Below the pieces are notes generated by a model, which was not told where the DNA came from, did not search any database, and saw only the letters and a program-made list of their open reading frames with translations. A stretch of 44,686 nucleotides of DNA from an uncultured Eubacteriales bacterium (GTDB taxonomy: Bacteria > Bacillota > Clostridia > Saccharofermentanales > UBA5734). The translations under genes were made by a program, and so were the position numbers. This document shows, piece after piece, positions 1 to 6,383 of this stretch (within the stretch, counting starts at the first letter, position 1; the number at the start of each line of letters is the position of its first letter). Where the stretch lies: assembly GCA_903919045.1 (NCBI GenBank), contig CAIXGU010000050.1:1-44686 (forward strand). The letters run 5' to 3'.

Positions 1-1
1 C

Positions 2-577
2 GCGGACCCCGGCGCGCCGCCCGCGTCCGCCGTCGAGCGACGCCGCGTCGAGCAGGCGCGCGTGTGCCTCGCCTATTCCGGCGCCCCGGCGTACGCCTCG
101 ATGGAGACGATCGTGATGACCGTCCTCAACAGCATGCTCGGCGGCGATGCCCACTCGCTGCTGTTCGAGCGCGTCCGCGAGGCCGAGGGGCTGGCCTACA
201 GCGTCTTCTCCGCGCCGCTCCGCTACCAGTCCGGCCTGCTCCTGTGCGCGGGCGTGCCGATCGACCGGACGGAGGAGGCGCTCGCCTCGATGCGGCGACA
301 GGTGGCCGCCCTCGCGGACGACGACTTCCCCGAGCGGGTCTTCGAGAGTTCGCTGCGGACCGTCGAGCACGCGCTGCGCTCCCGCGGCGACGACCTCGCG
401 GCGCTCGCCGGCGCCGACCAGGGCGGCCTCGCGTCGGGCCGGCGCCTTCGCACGGAAGAGAGCCTGCGCCTGCTCCGCGCCGTGACGCGCGCCCGCGTCG
501 TCGCCCTCGCGGGCCGGCTCGTCGAGCGCGCCCGCTACGTCCTGCTGCCGGCGCCGCCGGAAGAGGAGCCCCGGTGA
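2..577 (+). CDS. M16 (insulinase/pitrilysin) family peptidase, C-terminal part; the 5' end is outside the window
   Basis: The frame is open from the window edge. The translation ..LNSMLGGDAHSLLFERVREAEGLAYSVFS.. matches the conserved C-terminal-domain signature of M16 peptidases. Stop TGA 575-577 overlaps the GTG of the next M16 gene (GTGA). Confidence 0.75.
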   Translation, partial: ADPGAPPASAVERRRVEQARVCLAYSGAPAYASMETIVMTVLNSMLGGDAHSLLFERVREAEGLAYSVFSAPLRYQSGLLLCAGVPIDRTEEALASMRRQVAALADDDFPERVFESSLRTVEHALRSRGDDLAALAGADQGGLASGRRLRTEESLRLLRAVTRARVVALAGRLVERARYVLLPAPPEEEPR

Positions 578-1896
578 GCCGCGTCGGCTGGACCCTCGCC
601 CCGCGCACCGATCCGCTCTCCGGCGAGCGGATGGACGCCTGGACGCACGCGTCCGGCCTGGTCCTGCTGCATTTCCCGAAGCCCGGCTTCTCGAAGGCCT
701 TCGCGGGCTTCGCCGTGCCCTACGGCTCCGTCCACACGGCGTTCGAGTCCGACGACGCGCATCGCGTCCCGGAGGGGAGCGCCCACTACCTCGAGCACTG
801 CGTCTTCACGCGCGACGAGAACGGAGGGCTGCTGTCCGCCCTGTCCGGCCTCGGGGCGCACGCGAACGCCTACACGACGCACACCCACACGCTCTACCAC
901 TTCACGGCGTCGGACGCCTTCGAGGCCTCCTTCCGGAAGATGCTGCACGCGGTCCTGCGCCCCGAGCTCGGACCGGAGCGGGTCGACGCGGAGCGGCCGA
1001 TCATCCTCTCCGAGCTGGCCATGTACCGCGACGAGCCGGATTCGCGCGGCTTCACGGCGCTCCTCGAGGGCCTCTACGCCGTGCATCCCGTACGGGGCGA
1101 CATCGGGGGCACCGCCGGATCCGTGGCGGAGATCCGCTCCGAGCACCTCCGGGCCATCCACGCCGCCTTCTACGCGCCGCGCCGCATGACGGTCGCCGTC
1201 GTGGGCGACCTCGACGCGGACGCGCTGCTCGCGGCCGTCGCGGCCGAGGTCGATGGCCTCCCGGTCTCGGCGCCGGGCGCGCCGCGGCTTCCCGCGGAGC
1301 CCGCGCGCGCCGCCGCCGCGCGCACGACCGTCCGGATGGACGTCGCGATGCCGTCGTTCCTCGTCGGGATCAAGGACCCCGCCGCGGCCGAGGCCGGGTC
1401 GGCCCGGACGCCGCGCGAGCTCGCCGTCCGCCGCCGCGCGGGCCGCCTCGTCTTCGAGACGCTCCTCGGCAGCGCCTCGCCGGTCTTCGATTCGCTCTAC
1501 GCCGACGGCCTCCTCACGGACTCCTTCGGATTCCACTACCTCTGCGAGGACGGCTTCGCGTTCCTCGCGGCGGGCGGGGAGAGCCCCGAGCCCGAGCGCG
1601 CCGCGTCGGAGCTCCTGTCCCGCATGCGCGCCGCCTTCCGGAACGGCCTCGACCCGGTCCTCTTCGAGAACCAGCGCCGGGCGGCCGCCGGCCACTTCCT
1701 GCGCAGCCTCGATTCGACCGAGGGGTGCGGCCTTTCGGCCCTGCACGCCGCGCTCGCGGGGGTCGAGCTGTTCGACTACCCGGGCATCTATGATAGTATT
1801 GACCGCGAGGAGGCCTCCGCAGGGATGCGGTTCCTCCTCGACGATGGGCTCGAGAGCGCGGCATTCGTGCTCCCCGCGGAGGTGGATGGACCATGA
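574..1896 (+). CDS. M16 family zinc peptidase (subunit carrying the HxxEH motif)
   Basis: GTG 574 overlaps the upstream stop. The inverted zinc-binding motif HYLEH is present (..GSAHYLEHCVF..). Codons end in G/C throughout. An alternative ATG start lies at 631. Confidence 0.85.
   Translation: MSRVGWTLAPRTDPLSGERMDAWTHASGLVLLHFPKPGFSKAFAGFAVPYGSVHTAFESDDAHRVPEGSAHYLEHCVFTRDENGGLLSALSGLGAHANAYTTHTHTLYHFTASDAFEASFRKMLHAVLRPELGPERVDAERPIILSELAMYRDEPDSRGFTALLEGLYAVHPVRGDIGGTAGSVAEIRSEHLRAIHAAFYAPRRMTVAVVGDLDADALLAAVAAEVDGLPVSAPGAPRLPAEPARAAAARTTVRMDVAMPSFLVGIKDPAAAEAGSARTPRELAVRRRAGRLVFETLLGSASPVFDSLYADGLLTDSFGFHYLCEDGFAFLAAGGESPEPERAASELLSRMRAAFRNGLDPVLFENQRRAAAGHFLRSLDSTEGCGLSALHAALAGVELFDYPGIYDSIDREEASAGMRFLLDDGLESAAFVLPAEVDGP
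1771..1799 (+). promoter_or_regulatory. Candidate internal promoter for lgt: TTCGAC, 17-nt spacer, TAGTAT, with an extended -10 (TGaTAGTAT)
   Basis: TTCGAC at 1771-1776, 17-nt spacer, TAGTAT at 1794-1799, with TG at 1791-1792. It sits in a run of A/T-ending codons (TAT GAT AGT ATT) that is atypical for this genome. Confidence 0.35.
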
Positions 1897-2927
1897 CGAC
1901 CGTGAATTACGTGAATTTCCCCGGCCTCGGCATCCAGGACCTGCCCGTGGACCGGGTCGCCTTCTCGATCGGGAACCTGCCGATCTACTGGTACGGGATC
2001 CTGATCGCCGTCGCCGTGCTGCTCAGCGTCTTCCTCGGCATGCGCCACGCGCCGAAGTACGGCCTCACGCCGGACGACGTCCTCGACGTGATCATCGCGG
2101 TGATCCCGTTCGCCGTCGTCTTCGCCCGCCTCTACTACGTCGTCTTCACCTGGGACAGCTTCAAGGACGACCTCCTGAAGATCGTCGACGTCCGCGGCGG
2201 CGGCCTCGCCTTCTACGGCGGCGTGATCGGCGGCGTCCTCGGCGTCCTGCTCGTCGCGCGGCTGAAGCGGATCCGCCTGCACCGGCTGGTGGACTTCCTC
2301 GTCGTGTACCTGCCGCTCGGTCAGGCGATCGGTCGCTGGGGCAACTTCTTCAACCAGGAGGCGTTCGGCACCAACACCACGCTCCCCTGGGGCATGAAGA
2401 GCGCCGCCACGCAGGCGTACCTGCAGTCGATCGCGTCCAGCTACCCCGGCATCGTCCCGTCCGACCCCGTGCACCCGACCTTCCTCTATGAGTTCCTCGC
2501 GAACATGCTGATCTTCGCCGCGCTGCTCGCGATCCGCCGACGCTCGAAGACGCCGTACGTGACGACGCTCTCCTATCTCGCGATGTACGGCTTCGTCCGC
2601 TTCTTCACGGAAGGGATCCGGACCGACTCCCTCTACGCGACCGTCGCCGGCCTCACGTTCCGCACCTCGCAGATCCTCTCGCTCGTGATGTTCGTCGTGT
2701 CGGTCGTCCTGCTCTGGATCCTGCGCGCGCGCGCCGAGAAGCGCGCCTTCCAGGCGGAGTTCTCCGCCGGGATCTCCGCGCCTGCGGAAGGGGAGGGGAG
2801 CGGCGAGGCCGCGCCCGAGGCGCCCGAAGCGTCCGCCGCGCCGGAAGCGCCGGTAGCGCCCGCCGCGCCCGAGGCGCCCGAAGCGCCCGCCGCGCCCGAG
2901 GAGAAGGATGGACCGTCCGGGTCTTGA
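1893..2927 (+). CDS. lgt: Prolipoprotein diacylglyceryl transferase with an Ala/Pro/Glu-rich C-terminal tail
   Basis: The ATG overlaps the upstream stop (ATGA at 1893-1896). Lgt signatures are present: ..YWYGILIAVAVLL.., ..GGLAFYGGVIGG.., ..GQAIGRWGNFFNQEAFG... Confidence 0.93.
   Translation: MTTVNYVNFPGLGIQDLPVDRVAFSIGNLPIYWYGILIAVAVLLSVFLGMRHAPKYGLTPDDVLDVIIAVIPFAVVFARLYYVVFTWDSFKDDLLKIVDVRGGGLAFYGGVIGGVLGVLLVARLKRIRLHRLVDFLVVYLPLGQAIGRWGNFFNQEAFGTNTTLPWGMKSAATQAYLQSIASSYPGIVPSDPVHPTFLYEFLANMLIFAALLAIRRRSKTPYVTTLSYLAMYGFVRFFTEGIRTDSLYATVAGLTFRTSQILSLVMFVVSVVLLWILRARAEKRAFQAEFSAGISAPAEGEGSGEAAPEAPEASAAPEAPVAPAAPEAPEAPAAPEEKDGPSGS
2808..2903 (+). repeat. In-frame tandem repeat encoding the (A-P-E-A) low-complexity tail of Lgt
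   Basis: The 24-mer gccgcgcccgaggcgcccgaagcg occurs at 2808-2831 and again exactly at 2862-2885 (54-nt period). A 13-nt partial third copy lies at 2889-2901. Confidence 0.85.
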
Positions 2928-4047
2928 GCACTCGCGCCGCGAGGGCTTCTTCGGCGCCCTCGACTACGCGCTGCTCGTCCCCGTCCTGCTGATCGCCGCC
3001 ATGGGCCTGTACGCGCTCTCCGGCGTGCTCGCCTCGCTGTACGACGGCGCGGCCGCCATGTTCGTGAAGCAGGCGGGCGCCGTGGTGGCCGGGATCACGA
3101 TCGCCCTGCTCGTCTGCCTCCTCGACCTGCCGACCCTGAAGCTCCTCGGCTGGGCGACCTATTGGGTCGGCCTCGTCCTGCTCGTCGTGGTCCTCGTCGA
3201 CAGGTTCTCGATGGAGCAGTACACGGGCGCGGACAGCTGGCTCTCGATCCCGCTGATCGGCACGCTGCAGCCTTCCGAGATCGCCAAGCCCGGCCTCGCG
3301 ATGACCACGGCCTACGTTCTCGAGGACCTGAAGGCGAAGCGCACGCCGGGCTGGCGCGCCGCGCTGCGGCTGGCGGGCCTCTACCTGCCCGTCCTGTTCC
3401 TGATCTCCCGCCAGCCGGACCTCGGGACGATGCTCGTCATCGTGTTCCTGTTCGCCTGCATGCTCTTCGCCTACGGCCTGCGCGCGCGCTACTTCCTCCT
3501 GGCGGGATCGACCGCGGCCCTCGCCGCCGTGCCCGTCTTCCTCTTCGTCCTGAAGACATACCAGCGCAACCGGCTGCTCGCGTTCCTCTTCCCGGGACTC
3601 GACCCGAACATGGCGTACCAGGTGGACCAGAGCCGCCTCGCGATCGGCGCGGGGGGCCTGATCGGGAACCTCACCGGCACGACCGTCACCGTCCCGGTCA
3701 AGGCCTCGGACTTCCTCTTCGCCGGTCTCGCCGAGCGGATGGGCCTCGTGGGCACGACGGCGCTCCTCGTCTTCATCTTCTTCTTCCTCGGCCGTTCTCT
3801 CCTCGTGGCCGCCCGCGCCCCGACGCCCGCGACCTCCTCCATGGCGGCCGGCATCGCGGCCGTCTTCGCCTTCCATTTCATCGAGAACCTCGGCATGAAC
3901 GTCGGCCTGATGCCCGTCACCGGCATCCCGCTGCCGTTCGTCAGCCTCGGCGGCACGGCCATGCTCGTGAACTTCTTCTCGCTGGGCGTGCTCCTCTGCA
4001 TCTCCATGGAACGCCGACGCACCGCCGAGCCCGAGCCGGCGCCCTAG
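2908..4047 (+). CDS. SEDS family (FtsW/RodA/SpoVE) peptidoglycan glycosyltransferase, probably RodA
   Basis: Polytopic membrane protein with SEDS motifs: ..PSEIAKPGLAM.., ..QPDLGTMLVIV.., ..SDFLFAGLAERMGLVG.., ..PVTGIPLPFVSLGGTAM... The SD GAGGAGAAGG precedes ATG 2908. The gene overlaps the lgt 3' end by 20 nt. Calling it RodA rather than FtsW is tentative. Confidence 0.85.
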   Translation: MDRPGLEHSRREGFFGALDYALLVPVLLIAAMGLYALSGVLASLYDGAAAMFVKQAGAVVAGITIALLVCLLDLPTLKLLGWATYWVGLVLLVVVLVDRFSMEQYTGADSWLSIPLIGTLQPSEIAKPGLAMTTAYVLEDLKAKRTPGWRAALRLAGLYLPVLFLISRQPDLGTMLVIVFLFACMLFAYGLRARYFLLAGSTAALAAVPVFLFVLKTYQRNRLLAFLFPGLDPNMAYQVDQSRLAIGAGGLIGNLTGTTVTVPVKASDFLFAGLAERMGLVGTTALLVFIFFFLGRSLLVAARAPTPATSSMAAGIAAVFAFHFIENLGMNVGLMPVTGIPLPFVSLGGTAMLVNFFSLGVLLCISMERRRTAEPEPAP

Positions 4048-4111
4048 GCTCCCCTCCCGGCGCCCGCGGACCCGCTCCGCCGGCGTTCCCGCCTCCGATC
4101 CTTCCTCGAGA

Positions 4112-4148
4112 GACCCCGTCGCGGACCCTTCCGCGGCGGGGTCTTCTT
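4112..4148 (+). terminator. Intrinsic terminator after the SEDS gene
   Basis: A 13-bp stem (4112-4124 pairs with 4131-4143, one G-T wobble), a 6-nt loop, then the T-rich tract TTCTT at 4144-4148. Confidence 0.7.
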
Positions 4149-4177
4149 ACAGTTCTGTTACGCCGCGATGAAGCGTG

Positions 4178-4206
4178 TTGCACAAAGCGCGGGAGCGGCC
4201 TATCAT
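4178..4206 (+). promoter_or_regulatory. Candidate dcw (mraZ) promoter: TTGCAC, 17-nt spacer, TATCAT
   Basis: -35 TTGCAC at 4178-4183, exact 17-nt spacer, -10 TATCAT at 4201-4206. It lies in the most A/T-rich intergenic stretch of the window. Confidence 0.6.
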
Positions 4207-4213
4207 ACGAACT

Positions 4214-4260
4214 GTGGTGGAAAGTGGCGCTACTATATAGCATAGTGGTGCATTGTGGTG
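4214..4260 (+). promoter_or_regulatory. Four phased GTGG(T/C)G direct repeats; candidate MraZ operator boxes
   Basis: GTGGTG at 4214, GTGGCG at 4224, GTGGTG at 4245, GTGGTG at 4255 (spacings 10, 21 and 10 bp). They lie between the promoter and the mraZ start codon. Confidence 0.6.
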
Positions 4261-4308
4261 AATAAAGGCTCCCGGCCCGGTCGGGACGCCGCAGGCGAAA
4301 GGAAGACG

Positions 4309-4743
4309 ATGGGGCGCTATCGGCACACGGTGGACGCGAAAGGACGCATCTTCCTCCCGGCGAAGGTCCGGGAGGAGATCGGCACGTCCGTCTACGTGAC
4401 GAAGAGCCTCGATCCGGAGTGCCTTTCCGGTTATACGAGCCAGCAGTTCATGGACATCCGCACGCAGCTCTCCAAGCTCCCCGGGACCGACCCGGTCGTT
4501 CGCGAGATGAAGCGCCAGGTCCTCGGCGAGGCGATCGGCTGCGATCTCGACGCCCAGGGCCGCATCTCGGTCACGGACGAGCTCTGGTCCCAGGTCGGGA
4601 TCCGGCCGGGCGACGAGATCTACATCGTCTACCTGTACGAGAAGTTCGAGATCTGGCCCGCCGCCGCCTACGACGCGAAGAGGGCGGATCGCGGGTCCGC
4701 GCTGTCGGAGGACCTGAGCCGCTATGCCGTCACGGGCGTCTGA
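4309..4743 (+). CDS. mraZ: Transcriptional regulator MraZ
   Basis: The translation MGRYRHTVDAKGRIFLPAKVREEIG.. matches the MraZ N-terminus (SpoVT/AbrB-like repeat). The SD AAAGGAAG precedes ATG 4309. I rejected the longer ORF start at GTG 4255 because it lies inside the repeat boxes. Confidence 0.92.
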   Translation: MGRYRHTVDAKGRIFLPAKVREEIGTSVYVTKSLDPECLSGYTSQQFMDIRTQLSKLPGTDPVVREMKRQVLGEAIGCDLDAQGRISVTDELWSQVGIRPGDEIYIVYLYEKFEIWPAAAYDAKRADRGSALSEDLSRYAVTGV

Positions 4744-5728
4744 CTTCCGCCACGAACCGGTCCTCGCGGCCGAGACCCTGGACGCCCTGCGCGTCCGGCC
4801 GGACGGCGCCTACGTCGACTGCACGCTCGGCGGTGGCGGCCATGCCTCGCTCCTGCTCTCTCGGCTCGGGAAGGGCGGACGCCTCGTCGGCCTCGACCGG
4901 GACGAGGACGCCCTCGCGGCGGCCCGCCCGCGGCTCGCGGACGTCCTCGCGTCGATGTCCGCAGGTCCCTCGTTCGATCTCGTGCACGTCGAGTTCTCCC
5001 GCCTCGCCGAAACGCTCGACGCGCTCGGCATCGCGTCCGTCGACGGCATCCTCGCCGACCTCGGCGTCTCCTCGTACCAGCTCGACGAGCCCTCCCGCGG
5101 CTTCGGATACATGCAGGACGGACCGCTCGACATGCGGATGGACCGCTCGTCGCCGCTCACCGCCGCCACCATCGTCAACACGTGGGATCGCGCCGGAATC
5201 GAGCGGATCCTGTTCGCGTACGGCGAGGAGCGGTTCTCCGCCCGGATCGCCTCCGCGATCTGCGAGCAGCGCGAGAAGCGCCCCTTCGTCAGCACCGGCG
5301 CGCTGGCCGAGACGATCCGCCGGGCCATCCCGGCCGCCGTCCGCCGCGAGGGCCCGCATCCGGCGAAGCGTTCGTTCCAGGCCATCCGGATCGCCGTGAA
5401 CGGCGAGCTGGATGCGCTCGACCGTCTCCTCGCCGATGCGCCGGGCCGCCTCGCGCCGAACGGGCGGTTCGCCGTGATCTCGTTCCATTCGCTCGAGGAC
5501 CGGCGCGTGAAGGAAGCGTTCCGGCTGCTCGAGAACCCCTGCCGCTGCCCGAAGGACCTCCCCTGCGTCTGCGGGAAGAAGCCCCTCGGCCGCGCCGTCA
5601 CCCGCCAGCCCGTCGAATGCGGGCCGGAAGAGAAGGAACGCAATCCCAGGGCGCGCAGCGCGAAGCTGCGCGTCTTCGAACGCTTCGGACCGGAAGGGGA
5701 GGGACGCCATGTACACGACCTACGGTAG
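4724..5728 (+). CDS. rsmH: 16S rRNA (cytosine1402-N4)-methyltransferase
   Basis: ..HEPVLAAETLDAL..VDCTLGGGGHA.. and ..ISFHSLEDRRVK.. are RsmH/MraW signatures. The position after mraZ is canonical. Confidence 0.93.
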   Translation: MPSRASDFRHEPVLAAETLDALRVRPDGAYVDCTLGGGGHASLLLSRLGKGGRLVGLDRDEDALAAARPRLADVLASMSAGPSFDLVHVEFSRLAETLDALGIASVDGILADLGVSSYQLDEPSRGFGYMQDGPLDMRMDRSSPLTAATIVNTWDRAGIERILFAYGEERFSARIASAICEQREKRPFVSTGALAETIRRAIPAAVRREGPHPAKRSFQAIRIAVNGELDALDRLLADAPGRLAPNGRFAVISFHSLEDRRVKEAFRLLENPCRCPKDLPCVCGKKPLGRAVTRQPVECGPEEKERNPRARSAKLRVFERFGPEGEGRHVHDLR

Positions 5729-6290
5729 CCTCGCGGTGAAGCCCAAGGCGAGCCTCCCGGCCCGCCGGCCGACCCGCCCCGCCGCCCCGGCCGCCGTCCC
5801 CGCGAAGTCCGCGGCGCGTCCCGCGCCGTCCGCTCCGGAGCGCGGGCGCGTCCTCTGCGCGGGCGAGACCGCGACCCGCCGCCGCTGCAAGGCGGAGCGC
5901 GTCCGCGCGATCGCCGTCGCGACCGTCCTCGTGCTCGCCTTCACGACCGCGGCCGTCCTGCTCCTCGTCCGCCAGAGCGCCGTCATGAAGGCCGGCTTCG
6001 CCGTCGCGACGATGCAGTCGGACGCGCGCGACCTGGACGTCGACACGCAGGTCGTCGAGGAGAAGATCGCCGCCGCCACCGACCTGACCGCGATCCGCGC
6101 GCTCGCGATCGCGCGCCTGGGCATGCAGGACCCCTCCTCGCTGCAGCGCATCGTCGTCGAGCTGCCGCCCTCCGACCGCCTCCTCCTGTCCTCGGGTTCC
6201 GACGCCGACGGCACCGCCGCCGCGGAGAGCGATGCGCTGCTCCGGAACGCCATGGGAACCCTCGAGGGATTCTTCCGCACGCTGCGGTGA
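5709..6290 (+). CDS. ftsL: FtsL-like cell division protein (single-pass, coiled coil) with a long Ala/Pro/Arg-rich N-terminal tail
   Basis: One TM segment (..IAVATVLVLAFTTAAVLLLV..) is followed by a short extracytoplasmic region ending ..ARLGMQDPSSLQRIVVELP... It occupies the canonical ftsL slot between rsmH and the PBP. The call rests mainly on position and topology. Confidence 0.7.
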   Translation: MYTTYGSLAVKPKASLPARRPTRPAAPAAVPAKSAARPAPSAPERGRVLCAGETATRRRCKAERVRAIAVATVLVLAFTTAAVLLLVRQSAVMKAGFAVATMQSDARDLDVDTQVVEEKIAAATDLTAIRALAIARLGMQDPSSLQRIVVELPPSDRLLLSSGSDADGTAAAESDALLRNAMGTLEGFFRTLR

Positions 6291-6326
6291 CCCTGCGCCG
6301 GACGGCGCCGACCGCCTCCGCCGGGT

Positions 6327-6347
6327 CCGTCCGGGCGTCCCGGACGG
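6327..6347 (+). terminator. Perfect 9-bp hairpin after ftsL (possible attenuator or partial terminator)
   Basis: CCGTCCGGG at 6327-6335, loop CGT, CCCGGACGG at 6339-6347. No clear U-tract follows. Confidence 0.35.
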
Positions 6348-6349
6348 TA

Positions 6350-6358
6350 TGGTATAGT
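6350..6358 (+). promoter_or_regulatory. Candidate extended -10 promoter (TGgTATAGT) upstream of the PBP gene
   Basis: TG at 6350-6351 and TATAGT at 6353-6358, 26 nt upstream of ATG 6384. No convincing -35 is present. Confidence 0.4.
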
Positions 6359-6383
6359 AGGATGGATTCTCGAGACAGGGCGG

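Noticed and set aside
2808-2903. The GC-rich tandem repeat, considered as a possible CRISPR-like or non-coding minisatellite element.
   Set aside because: It is in frame within lgt, and its period (54 nt) is a multiple of three. There are no spacer-like unique segments. It simply encodes a low-complexity protein tail.
4255-4308. A GTG start at 4255 giving an 18-residue N-terminal extension of MraZ.
   Set aside because: It lacks an SD and lies inside the fourth GTGGTG box. ATG 4309 has a good SD and gives the canonical MraZ N-terminus.
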